From assembly GCA_041165845.1 (NCBI GenBank), contig JBEAMR010000046.1, positions 1-60,692 on the forward strand: DNA of 60,692 nt. The letters run 5' to 3'. Made by a program: the position numbers and the translations under genes. Positions 21,753 through 32,286 of the stretch are shown one piece after another (position 1 is the stretch's first letter; every line of letters starts with the position of its first letter). This stretch comes from Actinomycetota bacterium. Lineage in GTDB: Bacteria > Actinomycetota > Actinomycetes > Actinomycetales > Microbacteriaceae. Below the pieces are notes generated by a model, which worked only from the letters and a program-made list of their open reading frames with translations, had not been told where the DNA came from and did not search any database.

Positions 21753-22028
21753 ATGGCTGAAGTTGAAAATACTCTAGACCGCGGTGACCGCAAGTCACGT
21801 CGTGGCTATGTTGTTAGCGACAAGATGGACAAGACCATCGTTGTTGAGGTAGAAGACCGTGTAAAGCACCCGCTTTACGGCAAGGTTATTCGCCGCACCA
21901 CCAAGATCAAGGCTCACGATGAGGCAAACACTGCTGGCATCGGCGACCTAGTCATCATTCACGAGACCCGTCCACTTTCTGCAACTAAGCGCTGGCGCTT
22001 AGTTGAGATCGTTGAGAAGGCTAAGTAG
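21753..22028 (+). CDS. rpsQ: 30S ribosomal protein S17
   Basis: [23 protein letters not shown]. Confidence 0.99.
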   Translation: MAEVENTLDRGDRKSRRGYVVSDKMDKTIVVEVEDRVKHPLYGKVIRRTTKIKAHDEANTAGIGDLVIIHETRPLSATKRWRLVEIVEKAK

Positions 22029-22038
22029 GAGATAGAAA

Positions 22039-22407
22039 ATGCTTCAACAAGAATCCAGAATGAAGGTTGCCGACAACACCGGTGCGAAAGAACTTCTAGC
22101 TATCCGTATCTTGGGTGGTTCAGGACGTCGTTACGCAAGCCTAGGTGATGTGGTCGTTGCAACTGTGAAGGACGCAATCCCAGGTGGAAGCGTTAAGAAG
22201 GGTGACGTTGTTAAGGCTGTCATCGTTCGCACTAAGAAGGAAGTCCGTCGTCCAGACGGTTCATACATCAAGTTTGACGAGAACGCAGCTGTGATCATCA
22301 AGAAGGACGGCGAGCCTCAGGGAACCCGTATCTTTGGTCCAGTTGGTCGTGAGCTTCGCGACAAGAAGTTCATGAAGATTATCTCGTTAGCACCGGAGGT
22401 TATCTAA
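22039..22407 (+). CDS. rplN: 50S ribosomal protein L14
   Basis: [24 protein letters not shown]. Confidence 0.99.
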   Translation: MLQQESRMKVADNTGAKELLAIRILGGSGRRYASLGDVVVATVKDAIPGGSVKKGDVVKAVIVRTKKEVRRPDGSYIKFDENAAVIIKKDGEPQGTRIFGPVGRELRDKKFMKIISLAPEVI

Positions 22408-22409
22408 TA

Positions 22410-22769
22410 ATGGCAAGCATTAAAAAAGGCGACACAGTAATTCTTATTACTGGTAAGAGCGAAGCTCGTGGCGGCGACCGCGGCAAGACTGGAACTGTTT
22501 TGTCAGTTGACAAAGAGAAGAACCGCGTCATTGTTGAGGGTCTGAACCTAGTCAAGAAGCACGTTCGCGTAACTGAAAACGCTCGTGGTGTGAAGGATGG
22601 TGGCATCGTTACTGAGCCAGCTCCGATCCACATCTCAAACGTGGCTCTAGTTGACCCAACCACCAAGAAGGCAACTCGTCTAGGTGTGAAGGTTACAACC
22701 GAAACCAAGAATGGCAAGACGAAGACCATCCGTACTCGTATTGCTCGCAAGTCAGGTAAGGAAATCTAA
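22410..22769 (+). CDS. rplX: 50S ribosomal protein L24
   Basis: [15 protein letters not shown]. Confidence 0.98.
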   Translation: MASIKKGDTVILITGKSEARGGDRGKTGTVLSVDKEKNRVIVEGLNLVKKHVRVTENARGVKDGGIVTEPAPIHISNVALVDPTTKKATRLGVKVTTETKNGKTKTIRTRIARKSGKEI

Positions 22770-23338
22770 TGACTGACGTAAAAATCCAGCCGCGTCTAAA
22801 GACACGCTACAAGGCAGAAATCAAGGACGAGCTTCAGGCTAAGTTCGGTTTCAAGAACGTTCACCAGGTTCCTGGTCTTACCAAGATCGTTGTGAACATG
22901 GGTGTTGGTGAAGCATCTAAGGACGGCAAGCTAATTGAGTTCGCTATCAAGGATCTAACCGCTATCACTGGCCAGAAGCCTCAGGTAAACCTAGCTCGCA
23001 AGTCAATCGCGCAGTTCAAGCTTCGTGAAGGTCAGCCGATTGGTGCACACGTTACTCTTCGTGGCGACAGAATGTGGGAATTCCTAGACAGACTTCTAAC
23101 TTTGTCTCTTCCACGTATCCGTGACTTCCGCGGTCTATCTGACAAGCAGTTCGATGGCAAGGGTAACTACACCTTCGGTCTAAACGAGCAGACAATGTTC
23201 CACGAAATCAGCCAGGACAACATCGACCGCCCACGCGGTATGGACATAACCTTGGTTACCACAGCTTCAAATGATGAAGAGGGCCGTGCACTTCTAACTG
23301 CACTGGGCTTCCCATTCAGAACTCCAGAGAACAACTAA
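22769..23338 (+). CDS. rplE: 50S ribosomal protein L5
   Basis: [27 protein letters not shown]. Confidence 0.99.
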   Translation: MTDVKIQPRLKTRYKAEIKDELQAKFGFKNVHQVPGLTKIVVNMGVGEASKDGKLIEFAIKDLTAITGQKPQVNLARKSIAQFKLREGQPIGAHVTLRGDRMWEFLDRLLTLSLPRIRDFRGLSDKQFDGKGNYTFGLNEQTMFHEISQDNIDRPRGMDITLVTTASNDEEGRALLTALGFPFRTPENN

Positions 23339-23345
23339 CTACTAA

Positions 23346-23388
23346 TTGGATAGGTCTGATTACTCGTAAAGTTTTCAGAAACCGACAA
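23346..23388 (+). promoter_or_regulatory. Putative S8-binding operator hairpin (16S helix-21 mimic) upstream of rpsH
   Basis: GGUCUGA (23353-59) pairs with UCAGAAACC (23375-83), giving the GUC/GAAAC internal element of the S8 site. Confidence 0.6.
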
Positions 23389-23405
23389 AGAAGGAAACAA
23401 ATCAA

Positions 23406-23804
23406 ATGACAATGACAGACCCGGTAGCAGACTTTCTGACCCGGCTGCGCAATGCGAATTCAGCATTCCACGAGGAAATTAACCTTCCTTACTCGAAGCT
23501 GAAGGCTAACATCGCGGAGATCTTGAAGGCGGAAGGTTACATCGCTGCAATCAAGGTTTCTGACGCAGAGGTAGGCAAGACCCTAAACATTGAACTGAAG
23601 TACGGTCCTAACCGTGAGCGTTCAATCTCTGGTATCAAGCGTGTATCAAAGCCTGGCTTGCGTGTTTACGCGAAGTCAACTGAGATCCCTCGTGTTCTTG
23701 GTGGCCTAGGTATTGCAATCCTTTCAACATCTTCTGGCCTTCTAACCGATCGTCAGGCAACCCAGAAAGGAGTAGGCGGAGAAGTTATCGCCTACGTTTG
23801 GTAA
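23406..23804 (+). CDS. rpsH: 30S ribosomal protein S8
   Basis: [31 protein letters not shown]. Confidence 0.99.
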   Translation: MTMTDPVADFLTRLRNANSAFHEEINLPYSKLKANIAEILKAEGYIAAIKVSDAEVGKTLNIELKYGPNRERSISGIKRVSKPGLRVYAKSTEIPRVLGGLGIAILSTSSGLLTDRQATQKGVGGEVIAYVW

Positions 23805-23810
23805 GCCCAC

Positions 23811-24347
23811 ATGTCACGTATTGGAAAGATGCCAATTCCGGTTCCAGCTGGAGTTGAAGTAAAGATTGATGGACAGGTTGTTGAAGTAAAGGGCCCTAAG
23901 GGAACTCTCACTCACACCGTGCCGACCCCAATCACTATCGTTCTCGAAGATGGCAACATCATCGTCACCCGTCCAGATGACGAGCGTAACTCTCGCTCAC
24001 TGCACGGTCTAACTAGAACTCTTATCTCTAACAACATCGAAGGTGTTACCAAGGGATTCACTAAGGGTCTAGAAATCGTTGGAACTGGTTACCGTGTGAC
24101 CGTCAAGGGCTCAGCCGTTGAATTCGCACTTGGTTACTCTCACCCAATCTTGGTTGAGCCACCAGCTGGAATCACATTCCAGGTTGATGGAAACACCAAG
24201 ATCACTGTTGTCGGAATCGACAAGCAGGCTGTTGGTGAAGTTGCAGCTAACCTACGTAAGCTTCGTAAGCCAGAGCCATACAAGGGCAAGGGTGTTCGTT
24301 ACGCCGGCGAAGTAGTTCGTCGCAAGGCCGGAAAGTCAGGTAAGTAA
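23811..24347 (+). CDS. rplF: 50S ribosomal protein L6
   Basis: [17 protein letters not shown]. Confidence 0.99.
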   Translation: MSRIGKMPIPVPAGVEVKIDGQVVEVKGPKGTLTHTVPTPITIVLEDGNIIVTRPDDERNSRSLHGLTRTLISNNIEGVTKGFTKGLEIVGTGYRVTVKGSAVEFALGYSHPILVEPPAGITFQVDGNTKITVVGIDKQAVGEVAANLRKLRKPEPYKGKGVRYAGEVVRRKAGKSGK

Positions 24348-24349
24348 TC

Positions 24350-24727
24350 ATGGGGCTAACTCCAAAGACTCGCGGTAAGAGCAAATCAGCCGCTCGTGGT
24401 CGTCGTCACCTACGTCTTCGTAAGAAGATCGAGGGAACAGCGAGCCGTCCTCGTCTAGTCGTGACACGTTCAGCTAGACACGTATTCGTCCAGATCGTTG
24501 ATGACGCTAAGGGGCACACCCTAGTTTCAGCTTCAACCATGGAAGCAGATATGCGTAAGTCATCTGATGACAAGTCAACTAAGTCAAAGGCTGTTGGTCT
24601 GCTTCTAGCAGAGCGCGCTAAGGCTGCTGGAATTACCGAGGTTGTTTTTGACCGCGGTGGTAACAGATATGCAGGACGTGTAGCAGCTATTGCTGATGGT
24701 GCACGTGAAGGCGGTTTGGTTCTATGA
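24350..24727 (+). CDS. rplR: 50S ribosomal protein L18
   Basis: [21 protein letters not shown]. Confidence 0.99.
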   Translation: MGLTPKTRGKSKSAARGRRHLRLRKKIEGTASRPRLVVTRSARHVFVQIVDDAKGHTLVSASTMEADMRKSSDDKSTKSKAVGLLLAERAKAAGITEVVFDRGGNRYAGRVAAIADGAREGGLVL

Positions 24728-25404
24728 GTCAAGAAAACAAGGAGCAAGAGTTGTCTACTGAAGCAACTGAAACCACTGCTGTGGTAGCTGAAAGTGCACC
24801 TGCGGAGACCAACGAGCGCGATGCTCGTCGTGGTTCACGTGAGCGCGCACCTCGAGGCGAGCGTCGCGAGCGCGAAGAGACCAAGAGCCCATTCCTAGAG
24901 CGCGTTGTTACTATCAACCGTGTCTCTAAGGTGGTCCAGGGAGGTCGTCGTTTCTCATTCACCGCTCTGGTTGTTGTCGGTGACGGCAACGGTATGGTCG
25001 GTGTTGGCTACGGTAAGGCTAAGGAAGTTCCAGCAGCTATCGCTAAGGGTGTTGAAGAAGCTAAGAAGTCTTTCTTCAGAGTTCCTCGCGTTGGTGGAAC
25101 CATCCCTCACCCAGTTCAGGGTGAAGCAGCAGCTGGTGTAGTTCTTCTTCGTCCAGCAGCAGCTGGTACTGGTGTTATCGCCGGTGGCCCAGTTCGTGCA
25201 GTACTTGAGTGTGCTGGTGTTCACGATGTTCTTTCAAAGTCATTGGGATCATCAAACACCATCAACATCGTCCACGCCACAGTCGCAGCTTTGCGTCAGC
25301 TTGAAGAACCTTCAGCTGTTGCAGCTCGTCGTGGTCTAACGCTTGAAGAAGTTGCTCCTAAGGGCCTTCTTCGCGCACAAGAAGCAGCAAAGGCAGGTGC
25401 CTAA
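24724..25404 (+). CDS. rpsE: 30S ribosomal protein S5
   Basis: [24 protein letters not shown]. Confidence 0.99.
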   Translation: MSQENKEQELSTEATETTAVVAESAPAETNERDARRGSRERAPRGERREREETKSPFLERVVTINRVSKVVQGGRRFSFTALVVVGDGNGMVGVGYGKAKEVPAAIAKGVEEAKKSFFRVPRVGGTIPHPVQGEAAAGVVLLRPAAAGTGVIAGGPVRAVLECAGVHDVLSKSLGSSNTINIVHATVAALRQLEEPSAVAARRGLTLEEVAPKGLLRAQEAAKAGA

Positions 25405-25406
25405 TC

Positions 25407-25592
25407 ATGGCCGCACGTCTAAAAGTTACCCAAGTTAAAAGTGGTGTTGGCAACAGCCAGCGTCAGCGCGACTCTCTTCGCACACTAGGTCTAAAGCGTA
25501 TTGGCGACATCGTCGTCAAGGACGACAGCCTAGTAATGCGTGGGCTTGTTCGTGCAGTAGCACACCTAGTTAAGGTTGAGGAGATCAACTAA
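25407..25592 (+). CDS. rpmD: 50S ribosomal protein L30
   Basis: [27 protein letters not shown]. Confidence 0.97.
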   Translation: MAARLKVTQVKSGVGNSQRQRDSLRTLGLKRIGDIVVKDDSLVMRGLVRAVAHLVKVEEIN

Positions 25593-26146
25593 TGACCGAA
25601 GAAAACAAGTCAGTCGAAGAGACTGTAGTCGCTGAGAAGAAGCCTGCTGCTAAGAAAACTGCAGCTAAGGCTCCTGTCGCTAAGCCTGCAGCTGTTCAAG
25701 AGAAGAGCAACCTCCTAAAGTTGCACCACCTACGTCCAGCTCCTGGATCGAAGAAAGACCGCACCCGTGTTGGTCGTGGTGAAGCTTCTAAGGGTAAGAC
25801 TTCAGGTCGTGGTACCAAGGGTACTAAGGCTCGCTACCAGGTTCGTCCAGGCTTCGAAGGTGGTGGTGTTCGACTAGTAATGAGAACCCCTAAGCTTCGT
25901 GGTTTCAAGAACCCGTTCAGAGTTGAGTACCAGGTAGTCAACATTGAGACCCTAGTTGAGCTTTTCCCTCAGGGTGGCGAAGTGACCATTGCTTCTCTAG
26001 TTGCCAAGGGTGCTGTTCGCAAGAACGAGAAGGTCAAGGTTCTTGGCCAGGGCGAGACTACCGTTAAACTTGATGTCAAGGTTGACAAGGTCTCTGAGTC
26101 GGCAAAGGCAAAGATTCTTGCTGCCGGCGGCTCAGTTACCGAGTAA
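25592..26146 (+). CDS. rplO: 50S ribosomal protein L15 with an N-terminal extension
   Basis: LRPAPGS, RVGRG, GFEGG, PKLRGF. Confidence 0.99.
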   Translation: MTEENKSVEETVVAEKKPAAKKTAAKAPVAKPAAVQEKSNLLKLHHLRPAPGSKKDRTRVGRGEASKGKTSGRGTKGTKARYQVRPGFEGGGVRLVMRTPKLRGFKNPFRVEYQVVNIETLVELFPQGGEVTIASLVAKGAVRKNEKVKVLGQGETTVKLDVKVDKVSESAKAKILAAGGSVTE

Positions 26147-26184
26147 TTACTTCTTAAGTATTAACTAGCCTCAGGAGGCGAAGA

Positions 26185-27501
26185 ATGTTTAGTGCCATCA
26201 TGCGTGCTTTCAGCACACCTGACCTGCGCAACAAACTGTTGTTCACACTTGCCATCGTTACCATCTACCGTTTGGGATCTTTCATTCCTGCGCCATTTGT
26301 TAACTACGGTGTGGTCAAGCAATGTCTTAATGCTGAAGGCGCTAGCGTCAACGGTATTTATGAATTGGTGAACCTCTTCTCAGGTGGAGCGCTACTTCAG
26401 CTATCTATCTTTGCTCTGGGCATCATGCCTTACATCACCGCTTCGATCATCACTCAGCTATTGCGTGTTGTTATTCCTCGCTTTGAAACTCTTTATAAAG
26501 AAGGTCAAGCAGGACAGGCCAAGCTAACTCAGTACACCCGCTACCTAACTATCGCCCTCGGTCTACTTCAGTCAACAACTTTGATTGCAGTTGCAAGACA
26601 GGGTGCACTGTTCGGTTCTAACTGTCCAGGTCAGGTATTCAGCGACGACTCATGGTGGGCTATCTCACTGATGGTTATCACCATGACTGCAGGTACCGGT
26701 GTAATCATGTGGCTAGCTGAGTTGGTCACTGAGCGCGGTGTCGGTAATGGTATGTCACTTTTGATTTTTGCTTCTATCGCAGCTCGCTTCCCTGCAAGCC
26801 TTGGTTCAATTGGCCAGACAAAGGGTATCGAGACACTTCTAGGTGTTATCGCGGTTGGTGTTGTAATCGTTCTTCTAGTTATTCTCGTTGAACAGTCTCA
26901 ACGTCGAATTCCGGTCCAGTATGCAAAGCGTATGGTCGGTAAGCGTAGCTACGGCGGTCAGTCAACTTACCTTCCAATCAAGGTAAACATGGCTGGTGTT
27001 GTTCCGGTTATCTTCGCTTCAAGCCTTCTGTATCTACCTGGTCTAATTGCTCAGTTCAATGGCCCAGACAAGAGTGGCCAAATTGCTCCGTGGGTTATCT
27101 GGATCAACAACAACCTGACTCAGGGTGGCCAACCACTTTACATGGTCATGTATTTCCTTTTGATTGTGGCCTTCACTTATTTCTACGTTTCGATTACCTT
27201 CAATCCAGAAGAAGTATCAGAGAACATGAAGCAGTATGGTGGCTTTATCCCTGGTATCCGAGCAGGTCGACCAACTACAGAGTACCTAGAGTATGTTCTT
27301 TCTAGAATCACCCTCCCCGGTGCTCTCTACCTAGGACTCGTAGCACTTATCCCATTGGTGGCTTTGACACTGTTCAACGCAAACGCAGACTTCCCATTTG
27401 GTGGAACTTCAATCTTGATCATTGTCGGTGTTGGGCTTGAGACTGTGAAGCAGATCAGCGCTCAGATGCAGCAGCGTAACTACGAAGGTCTGCTGAAGTG
27501 A
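26185..27501 (+). CDS. secY: Preprotein translocase SecY
   Basis: SIFALGIMPYITASII, GVGNGMSL, FIPGIRAG, GGTSILI. Confidence 0.99.
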   Translation: MFSAIMRAFSTPDLRNKLLFTLAIVTIYRLGSFIPAPFVNYGVVKQCLNAEGASVNGIYELVNLFSGGALLQLSIFALGIMPYITASIITQLLRVVIPRFETLYKEGQAGQAKLTQYTRYLTIALGLLQSTTLIAVARQGALFGSNCPGQVFSDDSWWAISLMVITMTAGTGVIMWLAELVTERGVGNGMSLLIFASIAARFPASLGSIGQTKGIETLLGVIAVGVVIVLLVILVEQSQRRIPVQYAKRMVGKRSYGGQSTYLPIKVNMAGVVPVIFASSLLYLPGLIAQFNGPDKSGQIAPWVIWINNNLTQGGQPLYMVMYFLLIVAFTYFYVSITFNPEEVSENMKQYGGFIPGIRAGRPTTEYLEYVLSRITLPGALYLGLVALIPLVALTLFNANADFPFGGTSILIIVGVGLETVKQISAQMQQRNYEGLLK

Positions 27502-28085
27502 GTCGGTTTCTCTTGATCGGCCCCCCGGGTGCCGGCAAGGGAACGCAAGCCACGCTACTAGCTCAGGCATACGGTATCCCAGCTATTTCAACTGGAGATA
27601 TTTTTAGAGCTAATGTCAAAGCTGAAACAGAACTGGGTGTTCTAGCCAAGGGCTTCATGGACCGTGGTGAATACGTTCCAGATTCACTAACCAATGACCT
27701 AGTTCGTGATCGCCTATCTCACGTAGATGCTCAACCAGGTTTCTTATTAGATGGATATCCAAGAACAAGAGATCAGGTTCTAGAACTTGATGACATTCTG
27801 GGTTCTGCTGGCAAAGCTCTTGATGCAGTAATTCTCCTGAAAGCAGATCCAGATGAATTGGTTCGCAGATTACTAAATCGTGCTCAAGAGCAGGGTAGAG
27901 CTGATGACACTGAAGATGTTATTCGTCACAGACAAAGCGTTTACCTAGAGCAAACAGCTCCACTGATTGAGTTATACAGTGCTCGTGGAATTGTTATTGA
28001 AATTGATGGTCTTGGCCAGGTTGGTGAAGTAACCGAGCGTATTCTCAACTCACTAACCGCTCTGGGCTTTAGCCCAGCAAACTAG
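27498..28085 (+). CDS. adk: Adenylate kinase (short-LID type)
   Basis: GPPGAGKGTQA, LLDGYPR, GRADD. Confidence 0.98.
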   Translation: MSRFLLIGPPGAGKGTQATLLAQAYGIPAISTGDIFRANVKAETELGVLAKGFMDRGEYVPDSLTNDLVRDRLSHVDAQPGFLLDGYPRTRDQVLELDDILGSAGKALDAVILLKADPDELVRRLLNRAQEQGRADDTEDVIRHRQSVYLEQTAPLIELYSARGIVIEIDGLGQVGEVTERILNSLTALGFSPAN

Positions 28086-28092
28086 GTTTCCT

Positions 28093-28929
28093 TTGGGTCG
28101 CGAGAAGATCACACTAAAAACTAACGCTGAGATTCTGCTCATGCGTGAAGCCGGTCTAATTACCGGAAGGGCTCTCGAGGCTGTCAGGAAGGCAATAGTT
28201 CCTGGCATTTCAACTCTGGAATTAGATGCCATTGCTGAAGCAACAATTCAATCTTTTGGAGCTAAGAGCAATTTCAAGTTAGTTGCTGGCTATCACCACA
28301 CAATATGTGCAAGCATCAACGACGAAGTCGTTCATGGAATCCCTAGCAAAGACAGAATTCTGGCTGCCGGCGACATCATTTCTATCGACTGTGGCGCGAT
28401 AACACCTGCTGGCTGGAATGGCGATGCTGCCTTTAGCTTTGTTGTTCCTGGTGGAGATGAGGCTCTTTCGGCTAAGCGTCAAGCACTAAGTGATGCCTGT
28501 GAAGCATCACTTTGGGCTGGAATTGCTGCCCTTGCAACTGCAACAAGGCTCAATGAGGTCGGTCGAGCTGTTGAGAAGAGTATTAGAAACTCGGGGAGAT
28601 ACGGGATACTGCAGGATTACATTGGCCACGGGGTTGGCAGGTCAATGCATGAAGATCCAGCTGTTTTCAACTACCAAACCAGAGATTTAGGGCCAGTTAT
28701 TGAGCCTGGGCTAGTTATCGCAATTGAGCCGATGATCACGGCGGGGAGCGAAAAGGTTCGTATTTTGGCGGATGAATGGACTATTTCGACTAAAGATGGC
28801 TCTGATGGATCGCACTGGGAGCACACGGTAGCCCTTCATGCCGGTGGAATATGGGTCCTTACCGCTGAAGATGGCGGGGAAGCCGGTTTGGCTAAATATG
28901 GGGTAAAGCCGGTTCCAGTAAATCTTTAA
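28093..28929 (+). CDS. map: Methionine aminopeptidase type I
   Basis: NDEVVHGIP, IDCG, GHGVG..MHEDP, AIEPM, HWEHT. Confidence 0.97.
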   Translation: MGREKITLKTNAEILLMREAGLITGRALEAVRKAIVPGISTLELDAIAEATIQSFGAKSNFKLVAGYHHTICASINDEVVHGIPSKDRILAAGDIISIDCGAITPAGWNGDAAFSFVVPGGDEALSAKRQALSDACEASLWAGIAALATATRLNEVGRAVEKSIRNSGRYGILQDYIGHGVGRSMHEDPAVFNYQTRDLGPVIEPGLVIAIEPMITAGSEKVRILADEWTISTKDGSDGSHWEHTVALHAGGIWVLTAEDGGEAGLAKYGVKPVPVNL

Positions 28930-29053
28930 CTACCATTTCCTGGAGTTTTGTTCTAGTATTGAGTCTTGGTGTTTCGGCACGTAAAATCCCAATTTTTTAC
29001 TTGGTATTTTCGCGTGCGTGTGGGACAGCAATTAGCAAAAGATAAGTGAGTTT

Positions 29054-29275
29054 ATGGCCAGCAAAGACGGCGTCATCGAGATCGAGGGCACAGTTGTTGA
29101 AGCTCTTCCGAACGCGATGTTCAGAGTTGAGTTGACCAACGGGCACAAGGTCTTAGCGCACATCTCTGGAAAGATGCGACAGAACTACATTCGTATTCTT
29201 CCTGAGGATCGCGTGATTGTTGAGCTCAGCACCTACGACCTAAATCGTGGGCGCATCACTTACAGATATAAGTAA
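29054..29275 (+). CDS. infA: Translation initiation factor IF-1
   Basis: [19 protein letters not shown]. Confidence 0.99.
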   Translation: MASKDGVIEIEGTVVEALPNAMFRVELTNGHKVLAHISGKMRQNYIRILPEDRVIVELSTYDLNRGRITYRYK

Positions 29276-29310
29276 ATCGGTTTCTAAAACCACGAACAGA
29301 AAAAAGAGAC

Positions 29311-29424
29311 ATGAAGGTTAATCCAAGCGTCAAGAAGATTTGTGACAAGTGCAAGGTCATTCGTCGCCACGGTCGCGTCATGGTCATCTGCGAGAACCCT
29401 CGCCACAAGCAGCGCCAGGGCTAA
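29311..29424 (+). CDS. rpmJ: 50S ribosomal protein L36 (Zn-ribbon form; absent from the ORF track)
   Basis: Manual translation [37 protein letters not shown]. Confidence 0.98.
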   Translation: MKVNPSVKKICDKCKVIRRHGRVMVICENPRHKQRQG

Positions 29425-29478
29425 GCACACAGATTTGCAACACCTCGCTTCGGTGAGACACAACTAAATAAAAACAAG

Positions 29479-29562
29479 GCAGTGTTCAGGATTATTTATC
29501 TGGCACCTCTCGAGAAGGCGAGAGCTTGAATTCGTTCAAGACAACACTGCTGCAGACCTTCT
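29479..29562 (+). promoter_or_regulatory. Structured, pseudoknot-capable leader of rpsM
   Basis: GCAGTGTT/AACACTGC closing stem; CTCTCG-AGAAGG-CGAGAG and CTTGAA-TTCG-TTCAAG hairpins; loop AGAAGG complementary to CCTTCT at 29557-62. Confidence 0.55.
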
Positions 29563-29581
29563 AAACAACAGGAGAAATCCA

Positions 29582-29962
29582 ATGGCACGTATTGCCGGAG
29601 TCGATATTCCACGCGACAAGCGCGTTGAAATCGCCCTAACCTACATCTATGGAATCGGCCGCACACGCAGTGTGAAAGTTCTAGCCGACACCAACATCGA
29701 TAAGAACACCCGTGTAAAGGATCTAACTGACGACCAATTGGTTGCTATTCGTGATTACCTCGAAGGCAACTACAAAGTCGAAGGTGATCTTCGTCGCGAT
29801 GTTGCAGCTGATATCCGCCGCAAGGTTGAGATTGGTTCATACCAGGGTATTCGTCACCGTAAGGGACTACCTGTTCATGGTCAGCGCACCAAAACTAACG
29901 CACGTACTCGTAAGGGTCCAAAGCGTACTGTGGCCGGTAAGAAGAAGGCGGCACGCAAGTAG
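29582..29962 (+). CDS. rpsM: 30S ribosomal protein S13
   Basis: [28 protein letters not shown]. Confidence 0.99.
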   Translation: MARIAGVDIPRDKRVEIALTYIYGIGRTRSVKVLADTNIDKNTRVKDLTDDQLVAIRDYLEGNYKVEGDLRRDVAADIRRKVEIGSYQGIRHRKGLPVHGQRTKTNARTRKGPKRTVAGKKKAARK

Positions 29963-30005
29963 CCCCCGGCTCTTCGCGTCGTATTAAGGATTTAGGAGAA
30001 AACTC

Positions 30006-30416
30006 ATGGCAGCACCGAAGACTAAGGCAGCGGGTTCAGTTCGCAAGCCACGTCGTAAAGAAAAGAAGAACGTTACTCACGGACAGGCTCACATCAAGAG
30101 CACATTCAACAACACCATCGTGTCAATCACTGACGCAACCGGTGCTGTTATTTCTTGGTCATCATCAGGCGATGTTGGCTTCAAGGGTTCACGTAAGTCA
30201 ACACCTTTCGCCGCGCAGATGGCAGCAGAAGCTGCAGCTCGTAAGGCTCAGGAACACGGTTTGAAGAAGGTAGATGTTTTCGTAAAGGGCCCAGGCTCTG
30301 GTCGCGAAACAGCTATTCGTTCACTACAAGCAGCAGGTCTAGAAGTTGGTTCAATTTCCGATGTGACCCCACAGGCTCACAACGGATGTCGTCCACCAAA
30401 GATCCGTCGTATCTAA
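30006..30416 (+). CDS. rpsK: 30S ribosomal protein S11
   Basis: [27 protein letters not shown]. Confidence 0.99.
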   Translation: MAAPKTKAAGSVRKPRRKEKKNVTHGQAHIKSTFNNTIVSITDATGAVISWSSSGDVGFKGSRKSTPFAAQMAAEAAARKAQEHGLKKVDVFVKGPGSGRETAIRSLQAAGLEVGSISDVTPQAHNGCRPPKIRRI

Positions 30417-30521
30417 GTTTTCATAAACCTATAACTGAATAACGCTGTTTAGTGGCCACTAAATAGCAAACCCCAACAAACGGGACATCAAATAGTGGAT
30501 GCCCCCATGAAAGGAACCACA

Positions 30522-31523
30522 GTGCTAATTGCACAGCTACCAGTTCTGCACGAAGAAATCGACAGCAATTTCCCTAACCGCGCACGCTTCACTCTAGATC
30601 CACTAGAGCCAGGCTTCGGTTACACACTAGGAAATTCAATCCGTCGCACATTGCTTTCATCTATTCCAGGTGCTGCTGTTACCAGCATCAAGATCGAAGG
30701 TATCAGTCACGAATTCGGACCAATCAACGGTGTGAAGGAAGACGTTACCGAAGTTATCTTGAACGTCAAGGATCTAGTTGTTTCATCACACGCTGATGAG
30801 CCAGTAATCGTTCGCCTAAAGGCTGGCGTTGGTGAAGCTAAGGCTTCAGACATCGTTGCAGACGAGCGCGTAACCATTCACAACCCAGATCTAGTTATCG
30901 CAACTGTTAATAAGGGAACCCTTGACATGCAGTTGACCATCGAAGCTGGTCGTGGATATGTTCAGGCCTCTCAGAACCGTCAGCCAGACATGGCTAACAA
31001 TGGCATCATCCCAGTTGACTCAATTTACTCTCCAGTATTGAAGGTCTCATACCGTGTTGAGGCAACTCGTGCGGGTGAGTTCACCAACTTCGACAAGCTA
31101 ATTGTTGACATTGAGACCAAGCCTTCAATCACTCCTCGCGAAGCAGTTGCTTCTGCAGGAAAGACTTTGGTTAACCTATTCGGTCTAGCTGCAGCTCTTG
31201 ATGAGAACGCAGAAGGTATTGACCTTCCTGCATCAGCTATTCCAGTTGATCTACCACCAGCACTTGCTAAGCCAATTGAAGAACTAGACCTAACTGTCCG
31301 TTCATACAACTGCCTAAAGCGCGAAGGCATCAACACTGTTAGCGAGCTAATCAACCTAACCGAAGACCAGCTGATGAACATCCGCAACTTCGGTTCAAAG
31401 TCAGTTGATGAAGTACGCGACAAGCTAACTTCAATGGGACTCCGTTTCCGTGATTCAGTTCCAGGTTTTGAAGCAGCATACTTCTCAGCCAACACCAGCT
31501 TTGACGAGGACGACCAGGACTAG
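30522..31523 (+). CDS. rpoA: RNA polymerase alpha subunit (divergent)
   Basis: [39 protein letters not shown] start at 30522 follows GAAAGGA and gives the actinobacterial MLIAQ N-terminus. Confidence 0.98.
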   Translation: MLIAQLPVLHEEIDSNFPNRARFTLDPLEPGFGYTLGNSIRRTLLSSIPGAAVTSIKIEGISHEFGPINGVKEDVTEVILNVKDLVVSSHADEPVIVRLKAGVGEAKASDIVADERVTIHNPDLVIATVNKGTLDMQLTIEAGRGYVQASQNRQPDMANNGIIPVDSIYSPVLKVSYRVEATRAGEFTNFDKLIVDIETKPSITPREAVASAGKTLVNLFGLAAALDENAEGIDLPASAIPVDLPPALAKPIEELDLTVRSYNCLKREGINTVSELINLTEDQLMNIRNFGSKSVDEVRDKLTSMGLRFRDSVPGFEAAYFSANTSFDEDDQD

Positions 31524-31554
31524 TCCTGAGTCAAGAAACTAATAGGAGAAATAA

Positions 31555-32271
31555 ATGCCACGCCCAACTAAGGGTCCACGCCTAGGTGGAGGTCCAGCAC
31601 ACGAGAGACTACTTCTCAACAACCTGGCCGCATCACTATTCACTCACAAGGCAGTGACCACCACTGAGACCAAGGCTAAGCGCGTTCAGCCAGTTGCCGA
31701 GAAACTAGTTTCACTTGCTAAGCGCGGTGACCTACACGCTCGTCGTCAGGTTATGGCCGCAATCACCGACAAGAACGTAGTGCACGAGTTGTTCACAACT
31801 GTTGCACCACTAGTTCAGGACCGTCCAGGTGGATACACCAGGATCACCAAGCTAGGTTTCCGTAAGGGCGACAACGCTCCTATGGCACTTATCGAACTAG
31901 TTCTTGAGCCAGTGAGCGCAAAGCCAGCTAGAACCAAGGCAAAGCTAACTAACGCTGTCAAGGCAACCGCAGCAGCAGTAGTTGCTGAAGAAGTTGTTGA
32001 GCACACCGAGTCAGAGACTGTTGTTGACGAGAACATCGTTGAAGAATCAGTTGTCGAAGCTCCGGTAGAAGCAGCAGCTGAAGTTGTTGAAGCACCTGCA
32101 GCTGAGGAAGCTTCAGCAGAAGAAGCGCCTGTTGCTGAAGAGGCACCTGCAGCTGAAGAGGCACCTGTTGTTGAGGACGCTCCGGTTGCTGAAGAAGCTC
32201 CGGCAGAAGAAGCAGCTGTTGCTGAAGCAGAGGCTGAAGCAGGCGACGCTCCTAAGGCTGACGAAGCTTAA
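31555..32271 (+). CDS. rplQ: 50S ribosomal protein L17 with a long acidic Ala/Glu/Pro tail
   Basis: [24 protein letters not shown], plus about 115 low-complexity C-terminal residues. Confidence 0.98.
   Translation: MPRPTKGPRLGGGPAHERLLLNNLAASLFTHKAVTTTETKAKRVQPVAEKLVSLAKRGDLHARRQVMAAITDKNVVHELFTTVAPLVQDRPGGYTRITKLGFRKGDNAPMALIELVLEPVSAKPARTKAKLTNAVKATAAAVVAEEVVEHTESETVVDENIVEESVVEAPVEAAAEVVEAPAAEEASAEEAPVAEEAPAAEEAPVVEDAPVAEEAPAEEAAVAEAEAEAGDAPKADEA
32119..32208 (+). repeat. Five degenerate 18-bp tandem repeats encoding EEAPxx in the L17 tail
   Basis: [30 protein letters not shown]. Confidence 0.8.
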
Positions 32272-32286
32272 GGTTTAGAGAATCTC

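Noticed and set aside
23339-23405. rpsN pseudogene or deletion scar
   Set aside because: No S14-like remnant; relocation of rpsN is ordinary in this family and the spacer is better explained as an RNA element.
30417-30521. Absence of rpsD from the alpha operon as a novelty
   Set aside because: A common arrangement in Micrococcales; the gene is presumably elsewhere.
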